Shown: positions 1 through 10,987 of the stretch, one piece after another
How positions within the stretch are numbered: position 1 is the first letter of the stretch
Layout: every line of letters starts with the position of its first letter
From: Candidatus Latescibacterota bacterium
GTDB taxonomy: Bacteria; Latescibacterota; UBA2968; UBA8231
NCBI GenBank assembly: GCA_965205655.1
Contig: CBDBIJ010000041.1
Coordinates: 1-39,401 of the forward strand
DNA: 39,401 nt
Direction: 5' to 3'
Position numbers and translations under genes: made by a program
The notes under the pieces: model-generated
What the model saw: the letters and a program-made list of their open reading frames with translations, nothing else
Databases searched by the model: none
Told to the model about the DNA's origin: nothing

Positions 1-8
1 ACACGGTC

Positions 9-3000
9 GTGGTCATCGAAATGCCCACTGAAGTTTCTGTCGCCGACCTCGACGGAGATGGCGTCACATCTGACGAGATCCGCGTGAAGTACGACGCTGT
101 TGGAGAAGAGGATCCGCGATTCTTCGTATCCCTGTCCTCGACAGCGAGACGAATCGTCGTGGGAAGCCTCGGCTCGGCCGCAGCAGCAAGCCATCTCTAC
201 GTTCAATTCCCGACTACCGCCGCAGACACATCGATCATCATCCCGGCGACAGGCGTTATCACAAGCTATGGCCTGATCGCCTTCGCCGATACTTCGGAGC
301 TCGACCTGCCGTCCGGTCCTGACCTCAGTATCGTGTCGCTGCAAATGTTCGACACCCTCGGCTCCATGGATGTCGTGACCCTCGCCTCGCCGCTGGCGTC
401 TGAATCAGACACGAGCACGAGTGAGGTGGGAACGGTCTATCCCGACGAGCCCGCCGTGCTCGTGGAAGCGCTCCCCGATCTCGTCTTCGACAACGACTAT
501 GCCGCGACAAGCAACCTGCTGCCACACTACGACGGTGTCGACGGTAACGACATGGAGTATCGCTTTTTTCTCTCGCCCGTGGGCTCCCTGACAGCGGTCG
601 ACTCGACCGTTGCCGTAAGAGCGGTGCTCCCCGACAGCTCGACGTACACAAGGACCGAGGGGCCCGCCAGAGCCGTGAGGCTGCTGACGCGACATCTTTC
701 GACGGGGACCTATTACCTCTACGTGACAGCTGATGTCACGGGGACGGTGCCGCTGGCCCGGAGCCGTGGCCTCGTCGTTCGCCACCAGCCGGAGATTCAG
801 GAAATCGGACCGTCGACGGCACCGATCACCCTCGACTCCGGAGGACTTTACGATCAGCAGGGCAACAAGACCGGGAAGGGATTGAGCACTACAGATCTCA
901 CTTTCTCCGCTTTCGACCACGACGATTCAGTCACCGTCCACTTGTTTTACAGCCCCTCCGCCGACCCCGCGAGTGAAGGCGTTCAATTCAACGCCGGCCA
1001 GGTCCAGCTCGGCGTTGCTACGCAGCTGACGGGTGCCGCCGGTCTGCCGGCCGCCACCTCATCCTTTACCTGGAACGTGACGACGCCTGTCGTTCTCGCC
1101 GGCGACTACTATGTGTACGCCGTGGCAGTAGGCGGCAGCGAGGCCGCCATTCGACGTAGCGATCACCAGGTTCGCGTACGTCACTCACCCTTTCTGCGGC
1201 TCGACGCTCTGAATGACGATGTCTTGGAAGGGGCAGACACGCTACGGACGGGAGGCCTTCGTCCCCAGAGGTTCATCACCTTCACCTGGGGACGATCGGG
1301 TACGGACGGGGACTTCGACCTCGACGGCGACGCCAGCATAGATCTCTACTACAGTTCGAAACCCGCTGTCGCGGGGGAAAGCACGGATTCCGAACTCGGT
1401 ATCCCGGCAGGGGCCGCCGAGCTCATCGCCTCGGGCGCACAGCCCATCGTCTCGGGCATCGGGGAAGACGGGGACAGTCGACTGGAGAACCAGTACGTCT
1501 GGGACCTGTGGGATGAAGGGAAGTCCGGTGCGGTGCCGGATGCCGGCCAACTGACCTACGTTTACGGCGTGATCGCCGACAGCAGCGATACCCGACTGGT
1601 TCAGATGAACGGCGGCCGACTGAACGATGCGGGGTCCCGACTCGTATTCGAGCACGGCCCGAGTCTGCGACCCCTGCAACCCTACACCGACATAATAGTA
1701 CAACCGGGATCCAGCGGTCGCATCAGTTGGGAGGACGAGGACCTCGACAGCAATGCTCGCATTCGAGTCATACTCACGAACACCGATCGCGGTTCGCTGT
1801 CCACGTACGGAACCGTGACGTCTGGAGCCGCCTACATCGCCAATTCGGCTGACGGACAGGCCGGTCCCGAGGTGGATGAAGCCTTCGATCTCAGCGAGGA
1901 CGGCCTCGACGATTTCCTGGACGTACGCAGCGATCACCTGTCCCGCACGGTTGGGGGAGTCAATACGCAAGCGGAGGGATTCCACTTCGCCTACCTGTCG
2001 ATCGTCGACGGCGAATCTTTCAGAGCCGACACACCTGCGCAGCGCGCACGAGGCGGCTTTCAATTCAGCAGTGTCGGAGCGGCGGCGGCCGAAAAGACGT
2101 TTCAGCTGCTGCCCGAAGTGTTTACAGTCGGAGCTGGTGGCTCGATCCAGAGGATGGAAATGCGCGTCGATGCCGCTGGCGAAGCCGTCGATCTAGTCGT
2201 GGGGAACATGAAGGTTGACGGGCTGCGATTCACAGCAGTAGACGGCGATAACACTGTGGAAGGACTTCAGCCTTTCCAGGTCGGTCCCGGTTTCTCCGCA
2301 CAGAAGCTGGTGACCAACACGGCCAGGACGGCAGAGGACGGCTCCCTCTACTTGTCATTCGAATACTTCGAAGCGACTGCACCGAGGATCGAGGGCCTGG
2401 ACGGCGAGCAACCGCTGGTGACCTTCGAGTTGGCGACACTGGCCGGAGAAGGCAGGGCCAATTCGAGCATCGACCTGGAGATGGATCCGGAAACCGGCAA
2501 AATTTCTCAATTGCAGCTCGATGGCCGGGATGTGATAACGCCGGTCTCACGTCCACTCTCCGCAGCGACCCTGTTGTCAGGCCGCGGCACCGTGACAGGG
2601 ACCGTCCGGCTCGAAGGGCGAACCGACATGACGTCGGCGCTTGACTTCAGCCTGCGCCGCTGGGGCAACTACGAGCCGGTGGTCGACAGCATCTTTGCCG
2701 CCGCAAACGACACCAACCCTGAAGCAGACGGCGTGCAGGTTCAACTGGGGGCCGACGGCAGCTTCAGATTGCTTGAAGTTCCAACCGGCCGACTCGACCT
2801 CCACGCCCGCCACGACGGCTATCTCGATGCCTGGCTTCCCGGCATCAACCTGCAACCCTCTCAAGGCATCGAAGGCGTACTGCTCACAACGAGCGGCATT
2901 CCGGCGGACAGTCTCATGCTCGGCGGCGATGTCGCGGGATACGGCGAAACAGACGGCACGAGCCGGCCAGACAACGAGGTCACACTCGCGGACTGGGATT

Positions 3001-3974
3001 TCGTCGCCTCTCTGTTCGATCAGACGGTGAGTGCCGGAGGGGACAGCGCGAGGGCGGACATAACCGGTGACGGCGTCGTCAATATTCGAGACCTGGCACT
3101 CGTGGGAGCGAATTTCACCGGCCGCGGTCCACGGCCGGTATTCAAGCAGGTTTCCGAGGCGGAAGGGGAGGTGTTGGTGTGGACGGATCTGTCCTCGGAG
3201 GAAGAGGTCGAAGGGCAAGCCCGATTTGCCGTCCTGGCAACGTCCCGGGCCGGCGTTCGCGCCTTTCAGGCGGCGGTCCAGTTCGACTCCCGTGAGTGGG
3301 CGCTCGAGGGAATCGATGTGGGCGATCACGCTACCGCCGTCCTCACCGCTACACGAACCTATCCGTGGGGAGAGCGGCTTGCGGCCAGTCTCGTCGGTCA
3401 CGATGCCGATTGGGCCGGCACCCGCACATCCGGCGTCGCCGACGAGGACGCCGGCGGCCCTACCGAGCCCCTCGTAACTTGGCGCTTGCGACAGCTAGTA
3501 GAGGAGGCCGTGGCGCCCGAGCTTGTCGGGCTCCTCCTTCTCGATCGGTCGCACCGCGAGGTCGATGCTCTCATTGTCGGACAGCGCGGCCCGATGCCCG
3601 CAGATGCGAGTGCGACGCCCGCCATGTTTGCCCTTGGCCAGAACTACCCGAATCCATTCAATCCGGAGACCACGATTCCATTCTCAGTTCCGACTTCTCT
3701 CACCGCGGCTGCGAGCGGCGTGGAGAACGCGACTGGCGCCAGTGCGATCAACGCCGGCTACAACAGCGCTTTTATCGAGGTCTACAATGCCCTGGGCCAG
3801 CGCCAGGCTGTGCTTGTCGCCGATGAACTCGTGCCGGGGTCTTACGACGTGCGCTGGAATGGCCGCGACCAGCTCGGACGCGAGGTGAGCAGCGGAGTGT
3901 ATTTCTACCGTTTCAGGCTCCAGGGATCGAACGGTACCGGTGAGCTCGTGCGACGGATGCTCCTGGTGAGGTAA
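9..3974 (+). CDS. Large secreted multi-domain protein (5'-truncated by the window): Ig-like repeats, cohesin-like, carboxypeptidase-regulatory-like, dockerin-like, second cohesin-like, C-terminal FlgD-Ig (T9SS-type) sorting domain
   Basis: 1321-aa acidic ORF open from the window edge. Paired EF-hand/dockerin motifs GDVAG...DNEVTLADW and ADITGDGVVNIRDL. C-terminal FALGQNYPNPFNPETTIPF...WNGRDQLGREVSSGVYFYR...RMLLVR. Confidence 0.8.
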   Translation: MVIEMPTEVSVADLDGDGVTSDEIRVKYDAVGEEDPRFFVSLSSTARRIVVGSLGSAAAASHLYVQFPTTAADTSIIIPATGVITSYGLIAFADTSELDLPSGPDLSIVSLQMFDTLGSMDVVTLASPLASESDTSTSEVGTVYPDEPAVLVEALPDLVFDNDYAATSNLLPHYDGVDGNDMEYRFFLSPVGSLTAVDSTVAVRAVLPDSSTYTRTEGPARAVRLLTRHLSTGTYYLYVTADVTGTVPLARSRGLVVRHQPEIQEIGPSTAPITLDSGGLYDQQGNKTGKGLSTTDLTFSAFDHDDSVTVHLFYSPSADPASEGVQFNAGQVQLGVATQLTGAAGLPAATSSFTWNVTTPVVLAGDYYVYAVAVGGSEAAIRRSDHQVRVRHSPFLRLDALNDDVLEGADTLRTGGLRPQRFITFTWGRSGTDGDFDLDGDASIDLYYSSKPAVAGESTDSELGIPAGAAELIASGAQPIVSGIGEDGDSRLENQYVWDLWDEGKSGAVPDAGQLTYVYGVIADSSDTRLVQMNGGRLNDAGSRLVFEHGPSLRPLQPYTDIIVQPGSSGRISWEDEDLDSNARIRVILTNTDRGSLSTYGTVTSGAAYIANSADGQAGPEVDEAFDLSEDGLDDFLDVRSDHLSRTVGGVNTQAEGFHFAYLSIVDGESFRADTPAQRARGGFQFSSVGAAAAEKTFQLLPEVFTVGAGGSIQRMEMRVDAAGEAVDLVVGNMKVDGLRFTAVDGDNTVEGLQPFQVGPGFSAQKLVTNTARTAEDGSLYLSFEYFEATAPRIEGLDGEQPLVTFELATLAGEGRANSSIDLEMDPETGKISQLQLDGRDVITPVSRPLSAATLLSGRGTVTGTVRLEGRTDMTSALDFSLRRWGNYEPVVDSIFAAANDTNPEADGVQVQLGADGSFRLLEVPTGRLDLHARHDGYLDAWLPGINLQPSQGIEGVLLTTSGIPADSLMLGGDVAGYGETDGTSRPDNEVTLADWDFVASLFDQTVSAGGDSARADITGDGVVNIRDLALVGANFTGRGPRPVFKQVSEAEGEVLVWTDLSSEEEVEGQARFAVLATSRAGVRAFQAAVQFDSREWALEGIDVGDHATAVLTATRTYPWGERLAASLVGHDADWAGTRTSGVADEDAGGPTEPLVTWRLRQLVEEAVAPELVGLLLLDRSHREVDALIVGQRGPMPADASATPAMFALGQNYPNPFNPETTIPFSVPTSLTAAASGVENATGASAINAGYNSAFIEVYNALGQRQAVLVADELVPGSYDVRWNGRDQLGREVSSGVYFYRFRLQGSNGTGELVRRMLLVR

Positions 3975-3976
3975 AG

Positions 3977-6900
3977 ATGAGGCACTTTCAGCGAACACAC
4001 GTGGCGGCGACTCTGGCAGCTGGACTGCTCCTTTGCTGTGCGGATCTCATCGGGGCTGCCGAAATACAACTGCGGCGCACAGACGGCCAGAGTCAGTTGA
4101 CCGCGGAGCTGGGCGAAGTCATCGATTTCGAAGTCGTCATAGATCCCGGGGAAGAAGAGATCACGGGATACTCCTTCTGGGTGTCGTTCGACAGTCGTTC
4201 ACTGCGACTCGTGCAGAACTCATCCGGCGCTGCGGGCAGTGCGCAGCCGTTCTTCACGGGATCGTTTCTCGGCGGCATCGTCCTTCTCAATCAGTTCGAA
4301 CAGCTCGAGGACGAAATTTTTCTCAGCTACTCAGAGGCGGCCTCGGTGCAGCGGTTCCGGGCAACGGAGCCCGACGTTGCGACCACTTTTGCGCTCGAAG
4401 TGGTGCGCCGCCCCTTCGGGGACTCGTCTCCTGTCGTCATCGAGCAGCGCGGACACGAGCGATTCTCACACTACGTGACCGCCGGCGATCCGGGAATTGA
4501 GAAGCGGTTCGTCCAGCCTCTCGGCTCAGTGGAGTTGCGGATCACCGGGTTCCGGATTCTCCCCCTCCCCGACGTTGTGCTGGTGGAGGGAGAAGCGGAT
4601 ACGGTTTTCAAACTGGACGACTTTGTCGACCAAGAGAGTGCCGAGGTCGTCTGGTCGAGCCAGTCACTCAGCCAGATTCCGACGACCATTCTCGTCGATA
4701 GCAACGCTGTCGCCATGATTGCGAATTCGGGGGCTTTCGGCTCCGGAGCCGATCGAAATGACAGCCTGCAGATGGCATTCACAGCTTTCGAGATGAACGA
4801 GGGACTGACAGCGACAGACACGATCTCCGTCGTGGTCCGCGCCCGACCAGAGATTGACAAGCTGCTCCTGCCGGCGACGATTTCGTTTCCCGAGGACGAG
4901 ATCAACCAGAGCTTCAATCTGGACGCCTTCGTTACGGACGCGGATGACGCCCTGTCCGATCTGATCTGGCAGCCGACAGGGGGGACGTTCCTACAGGTGA
5001 ACGTGGACCGGGCGTCGCACGTGGCGACGTTTCTGCCAGCACCGAATTGGTTCGGAGTGGAGACCATCGAGCTGACGGTCACCGACCCCACCGGGCTCAG
5101 CGACAGGGCAACACTGTCCGTGGCCGTCACATCTGTCAACGACCCACCTCGAATTCAGCAGCGAGGCCCGGTGTACCCGGCAATCGGCGACGCTCCCGTG
5201 AGGGCGCAGCTCTCGGATCTGATTCAGGATGTGGATGACGACCTGAACAGCCTTACGATTCTTCATCCGGCGCAGAATGGGGTCAGTGTGCAGCGCGTTG
5301 GCGACGCCCTTGAAATCACAGGAATCCAGGCTGGGCGCGCCGTGATCGAGTTGAGCGTGCACGATCTGTCCGCCGCTGCGGATTCCGGCCGTCAGGTCGC
5401 CGTGGTGCTGGAACGAGGTCAAACAGTAGGGCCGCAGATCGCGCGCCTTCCGGAGCTGCACTTTAAGAACGGGGAGCTTGGAACGCTGGATCTCAACCAG
5501 TTCGTCATGGACGTCGATGAGGCGGATGCGAATCTGAAGTGGTCACCAGATGTCGGCGACGAACTGAGTCCCCTTTCAATCATCGACGGCAGGCTGACTG
5601 TCGGGGCCGACGAGGCCTTTGTAGGGCAAACCGCCGTGGAGCTTACCGTGAGTGATTCGGATGGCAACGAGGACCGCGCCATCCTTCCCATCACCGTCAT
5701 TGCCGCCGACGAGGCCGCGTCACCGGTGATCTTTCCGGTTATCAGAATAGGCATAGTGTCAGGCGAGGACGAGGAAGGTGCCGCGTTGGTCACTCAGGTC
5801 GATTTGAACGAGTTGGTGGCAGACCCGGACAACGCCGATTCCGAGCTCACCTGGACGGCGGACGTTTCGAAAGGGGTCAGTGCGGAGTTGGATGAGGAGA
5901 CGAATACTCTCTTTCTGACTGCGATCTCCGGACTGTTTGGCGTCGGCACGCTCAACCTTCAAGTCGAAGATCCCGGCGGCAACACCGATTTCCGCTCGAT
6001 TCCGACGCTCATCGTCGAGCCAGGCGCCGCTCCCCGGGTAGCCGAGTTCGACCCCGTCGTCGTGGACAGTCTGGCGGCGGCGGTGAGGATCGACCTCGAT
6101 GACTTCGTCTTCGACGATGAGGACCTCGACTCGGAGTTGGTGTGGACGGTGGGGTCCGAACCAGGGCTCGAAGTCGAGCTGGATCCGGTGAGCCACATTC
6201 TCGCCATACGGCGCGAGGATCCCGATGAGGGACCGCCGGCCTCGAGCCGGGTTCAGCTCGTGGCTATCGATACAGACGGACAGGAGAGCAGGCCAGTGTT
6301 CATCCAGGTTGGGTTGCCGCCGATTTTCCAGCTCACATCCGTCCCGGACATCGAATTCTTCACCGGCGATGCGGATACGAGTCTGGTCCTGGACGATCAC
6401 GTGACGAATGCCGCGCCGTCGGAACGCCTCGACTGGAAGGTCGCAGCTCCGCAGAATCTACAGGTGCTCATCGATCGGGAAAGCAATCGAGTTCACGTCG
6501 TGGCACTCGATGCCGGCTTTGTCGGCGGAGAAACGCTTCTGTTCACGGCCACCGACAAGACGGGGAGGTCGCGCACGGCACCCGTCAGAGTCATCGTCAA
6601 GAGCCGAGGCCTCGTTCCGGAGATTCGCCAATTCGAACCTTTGCAAATCCGCGCCGGCGAGGCCGATTCGACGACTATTGATCTGGATGCGTTCGTCGTA
6701 GACGATGATCCGGACTCGGTGTTGACCTGGTCCTTTACGCCGCCGCTATCTCTGACCGTGAGCATCGACTCAACCACGAATCAGGTCACGGTTGCAGCGG
6801 ACGAGCTGGGTCAGGGCACGAAGCAGGTTCAGTTTCTCGTATCCGATCCCGCCGGCAACACCGATCTCGGAGTTTTGGAGGTCACCATTCTCCGCGGCGG

Positions 6901-8128
6901 AGAGCCGCCGGTGATCTCCTCTCTGCCTCAGGTTTTCGTGGCCGCCGGTGCACCAGAGGTGCAGTTGGACCTCGACCTCTTCATCGAGGATCCGGACACA
7001 CCAGACGACGAGATAGATTGGCAGGTGGGGTCCGAGGCGGGGGTGAGTGCACGCCTCGACATCGACACGCGCCATCTGCTGCTGTCAGTGCCCCCGGGGC
7101 AGGACGGAACACGGAAAGTCACCCTGACGGCGACGGACCCAATGGGGAACCAGGTGCAGGCCGAGCTGATGGTCATTATCGAGTCCGATTCAACGACGCC
7201 GACTTTCGCCCTCGAGCTCAGGCGGCATCCGGTTATCACCGACCGTCTCGAGCTCGCAGTAACTCCGAGTGAGGAGCTAATGAGATCGCCGGTGGTGAAG
7301 ATGGCCGGGGAGGCCACCGACGTTACGCCCGGGCGCCAGGAGGGCACTTTCGCGGCGACCTACGTCGTGCCCGCCATTGGTGAGCCGCAGTCCGTCCAGA
7401 TCACGGTGGAAGGTTCAGATCTGGCGGGCAATGTAGGTACTCGCGATCTGCTCGTTGTTCTGCAGCGGATGGATGAGGAGGGTGGGAGTCTACCTCATCC
7501 AGACGGGCTCAGGCTCAACGTGCCAGATGCCGCCGCCGGCCCCGGACGCCTTGCCATCATCTACAGACTAGGCGAGGAGGAGCGCCAGGCCGACGCCGAG
7601 GGGCAGCAGGTCTACTTTGTCGATCTGGCTGGCGGTTCGGACCTCTTGAACCCCGTAACCATCAACCTTTACGCCGGATCTGCGGCACAGGGAACGGGGC
7701 TCCTGCGACGGGACCCGGACGCGGGGTTGTGGGATGAACTCCCCACCATCGTCGATCAAGCGGGCGAGTGGCTGACGATCTCTATCACCGCGTCCGGTCT
7801 GTACCGGCTCGGGAGTGTGAGTGCAGCCAACACGCGGTCGACGCAAAAGCTGGCGAGCCATCCGAACCCGTTTTCCGGTGCCGGAGTGGGATCGACGCAG
7901 ATCGAGTACGAACTACTGCTGGCCGGCCCGGTTAGGCTTCAAGTGTTCAATGTTCTGGGACAGAGAGTCAAACTCCTCGTAACGGAGGAGTTTCAGGAGG
8001 CCGGCGTGTGGACGGTATTGTGGGATGGGCGAGACGACGACGGCCTGGCGCTGTCTAACGGAATGTATTTCTACGAGCTGACAGAGACGGGGTCGAGGAA
8101 TTGCCGCCGCCTGCTGTTGATCCGATGA
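3977..8128 (+). CDS. Large secreted protein: signal peptide, N-terminal cohesin-like domain, about 9-10 cadherin/tandem-95-like Ig repeats, C-terminal FlgD-Ig sorting domain
   Basis: N-terminal hydrophobic signal (AATLAAGLLLCCADLIGA). Recurrent ~95-aa unit LDxFVxDxD...LxW...GxxxxxLTVxDxxGxxD. C-terminal SHPNPF...WDGRDDDG...GMYFY...RRLLLIR. ATG lies 2 nt after the previous stop. Confidence 0.8.
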   Translation: MRHFQRTHVAATLAAGLLLCCADLIGAAEIQLRRTDGQSQLTAELGEVIDFEVVIDPGEEEITGYSFWVSFDSRSLRLVQNSSGAAGSAQPFFTGSFLGGIVLLNQFEQLEDEIFLSYSEAASVQRFRATEPDVATTFALEVVRRPFGDSSPVVIEQRGHERFSHYVTAGDPGIEKRFVQPLGSVELRITGFRILPLPDVVLVEGEADTVFKLDDFVDQESAEVVWSSQSLSQIPTTILVDSNAVAMIANSGAFGSGADRNDSLQMAFTAFEMNEGLTATDTISVVVRARPEIDKLLLPATISFPEDEINQSFNLDAFVTDADDALSDLIWQPTGGTFLQVNVDRASHVATFLPAPNWFGVETIELTVTDPTGLSDRATLSVAVTSVNDPPRIQQRGPVYPAIGDAPVRAQLSDLIQDVDDDLNSLTILHPAQNGVSVQRVGDALEITGIQAGRAVIELSVHDLSAAADSGRQVAVVLERGQTVGPQIARLPELHFKNGELGTLDLNQFVMDVDEADANLKWSPDVGDELSPLSIIDGRLTVGADEAFVGQTAVELTVSDSDGNEDRAILPITVIAADEAASPVIFPVIRIGIVSGEDEEGAALVTQVDLNELVADPDNADSELTWTADVSKGVSAELDEETNTLFLTAISGLFGVGTLNLQVEDPGGNTDFRSIPTLIVEPGAAPRVAEFDPVVVDSLAAAVRIDLDDFVFDDEDLDSELVWTVGSEPGLEVELDPVSHILAIRREDPDEGPPASSRVQLVAIDTDGQESRPVFIQVGLPPIFQLTSVPDIEFFTGDADTSLVLDDHVTNAAPSERLDWKVAAPQNLQVLIDRESNRVHVVALDAGFVGGETLLFTATDKTGRSRTAPVRVIVKSRGLVPEIRQFEPLQIRAGEADSTTIDLDAFVVDDDPDSVLTWSFTPPLSLTVSIDSTTNQVTVAADELGQGTKQVQFLVSDPAGNTDLGVLEVTILRGGEPPVISSLPQVFVAAGAPEVQLDLDLFIEDPDTPDDEIDWQVGSEAGVSARLDIDTRHLLLSVPPGQDGTRKVTLTATDPMGNQVQAELMVIIESDSTTPTFALELRRHPVITDRLELAVTPSEELMRSPVVKMAGEATDVTPGRQEGTFAATYVVPAIGEPQSVQITVEGSDLAGNVGTRDLLVVLQRMDEEGGSLPHPDGLRLNVPDAAAGPGRLAIIYRLGEEERQADAEGQQVYFVDLAGGSDLLNPVTINLYAGSAAQGTGLLRRDPDAGLWDELPTIVDQAGEWLTISITASGLYRLGSVSAANTRSTQKLASHPNPFSGAGVGSTQIEYELLLAGPVRLQVFNVLGQRVKLLVTEEFQEAGVWTVLWDGRDDDGLALSNGMYFYELTETGSRNCRRLLLIR

Positions 8129-9861
8129 CGAATACTGAGTGTCGCGAATGGTGAATATGTTCGAGAGCAACAGTAGCGGGCGGCGTGCGCGAACTGCCGG
8201 ATTCGCCATCCTGCTTCTGGCGCTGGCCCCGAAGGATCCGGTCGCAGCAGGTGACAACGAGTGGACGGTGGCCGGCAGTTTGACGGCGCTCGTAAACGTC
8301 GTCGTGTCGCACTCGCAGACGTTGTCGACCATGTATGCGGGAACCGAAGAAGGCGTCTACCGCAGTGGCGACGGCGGCGGTAGCTGGCAGCATACGGGCG
8401 GCCCGCTTCTCGGTCAGAATGTCCTCAGCCTGGCCGTCGATGCGGCCGACGGGGAAATCGTCTACGCCGGATCCAACTCCGGACTCTACATCACCTCTAA
8501 CGGCGGCAGCGACTGGACGCTGGCGCCGGACCCGGGGGCGGGAATCCTGTCTCTTGCAACTGGTCCGGATGGGCTCGTGATCGCCGGCACTCTGGGACGA
8601 GGGATTTTCATCGGCGCTGACGGAGGCGCCACGTGGAATGCGAGCCCCGGGCTGCAGAACGCGATCGTCTTCGACCTGTCGGTGTCGAGTTTCGACGCAT
8701 CGATGCTGTATGCCGGAACTTCGGCCGGACTCTACGTGAGCCGCGACCGGGGTTCGACCTGGGACCTCCTCGGCGTCGAACTGGACGGATTGAGTGTTCG
8801 AGCCGTGGTAGCCTCTGCGGACGATCCAACGGTCCTGTTTGTCGGAACTTTCGGCGCCGGCGTGTTCCGCAGCTCCGATAGCGGCGAAAGCTGGACGGCG
8901 ACAACCGCCGGTCTCGATGATCTAGCGGTGCGTGCCCTGGCCGTCGCGCGCGCCGACGAGGTGCCCTACGCCGCGACCTCGACGGGAGGATTCTTCAGGT
9001 CCACCGATGCCGGGGCCTCCTGGCGCGCCGTCAACGATGGCCTCCCGGGGTTGAACGGGCGGTCCGTTCACGTCCATCCCGATGACGTAGACCGGGTGTT
9101 CGGCGCGGGGCCGGGACAGGGCGTGTTTGAGATCAGCTTTGCCCCCGAGCCTCAGCTTAAAGTATCCACTGAGGCACTCGATTTCGGAAGCGTCCCCGTA
9201 GGGGAGGTCGCCCGCATAGCGCTCACCATCGAGAACGCGGGCAGCGCCCAGCTCGAGATTTCGAGCCTCGCCACGGACGCACCACAGCCTTTCTCGGTGG
9301 ACGTGCAGTCACTCGCTATTCCCGCCGCGAGTTCAGCCGCTGTGGAACTCATCTTCGTTCCCCAGCAAGGACAGGGATACGTCGGCGTTCTCACCATCCG
9401 CAGCGACAGGCCGGACCGGGTAGAGCAAGTTTCACTGATCGGCGTCGGCACCATGGCGCAGCTGCAGATTGAGCCTCGGAGTCTGAATTTCGGGATTGTG
9501 CCGATTGGCACGTTCGAGGATATGCTCATGGTGTTCACCAACGACGGCAACGCACCGATTCGGATCGAAAACCTGGTTGCGGAAGACATTACCTTCAGTG
9601 TCTTGTCTTTCGAGCCACAAGAGCTGGGTCCAGGCGAACTCCTTGCCATTCCCGTGCGTTTCCAGCCGTTGATTCGCAATGGCTTCACCAAATCTCTGAC
9701 CATTCACACCGATCTGGCGGGCCAGCCGCCGGTACAGGTGACCCTCCACGGCACCGGCACCTCTCCGGACCTGACTATCTCCTCCAGCACGCTCGAATTC
9801 GGGGCCGTCCATCTCGGTCGCGACTCCCGTCTCACACTAGTGCTCCGTTAAGAAATGGAGC

Positions 9862-9890
9862 TTGTACTTTGTCGTAAGTCGTGGTATCAT
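9862..9890 (+). promoter_or_regulatory. Putative sigma70 promoter of the IS630 transposase
   Basis: TTGTAC-17 nt-TATCAT with TG extended -10. AGGAGGG SD at ~9913-9919 precedes ATG 9927. Confidence 0.55.
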
Positions 9891-9926
9891 GGAGATATAT
9901 GGCGAATTCTTCAGGAGGGTCAAGCT

Positions 9927-10987
9927 ATGTGTCTTCATGCTCGTTCACCGAACGTGGCGGAGTCGAAGGAACTGGTGCGATGGCTGAAGCGGCCTCGCAG
10001 CGCCGTGCAGATGCGCCGTGGGCAGTTGATCTCGTTCAGCGTCCAGGGAATGCGGGTCCAAGAGATTTCGGATACGCTGCATCTGCACGAGGAGTACGTT
10101 CGCCAGTTGATTCGCCAATACAACGAAGGGGGATTGACGGCGTTGCGCACGCGGGCACGTCCGGGGCGTCCTTCGAAATTGACGCCGGAAGACGAATCCG
10201 TGGTGGTGGAAATCGTCAAGATGCCTCCCCGTGCGTTCGGTCAGCCGTTCAATCAGTGGTCGTTGCGCAAGCTGACCGACTGCCTGGTGGGACGGCAGAT
10301 GATTCCTGAGGTCTCGCATGTGACCATCGGGAAAATCCTGGATCAGCATAAGGTGACCTATCAACGGACGCGCACCTGGAAGGAATCCAAGGACCCGGAG
10401 TTTGCCTCTAAAAAAAACGCATCAACCGACTCTACAAGCGGGCGCCGAAAGGCACGGTCGTAGTCTGCTTCGACGAACTGGGACCGGTCCAGATCAAGCC
10501 GCATGCCGGCGCTTCCTGGGCCCCGCAGAAGCGCCCGGTCCGGCATCGGGCAACCTACAGCCGCCACGGCGGCGTCAGCTATTTCTTCGGAGCCTATAAC
10601 GTCCATGAGGACATCCTGTGGATGCATCACAAACCAAAGAAGCACGCATCGGTCGTACTCGATTTTCTCAAGGCCATTCGGCTGCGCTATCCCAAGGCGA
10701 AACGGATCTACGTCGTCATGGACAATCTGTCGACGCACAAGACACCGCCGATCCTGCAGTGGTGCAGACGAAACCAGGTCTCGCCGGTCTTCACCGCCAC
10801 CAACGCGTCATGGATGAATCGGCTCGAATGCCACCTCACGGCAGCCCATTATTTCGTCATCAAAAACAGCGATCCCAACGATCATCGAGAAGTCGGCCAG
10901 CGCATCCAGGAGTACCTGAGATGGCGAAACAAGAACACGGACAACTCCAAGCTGACCAAAGTCCAAAACTCAATGCCGACTCTTTAA
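9927..10987 (+). CDS. IS630 transposase (~353 aa) split between two frames joined at an A8 run (10410-10417)
   Basis: OrfA carries HTH-like segments (RPGRPSKLT, QWSLRKL, TWKESKDPEF). The -1 frame after the A8 run reads KKRINRLY...VVCFDELGP...VVMDNLSTHK...ASWMNRLE, giving the DDE triad. Confidence 0.9.
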
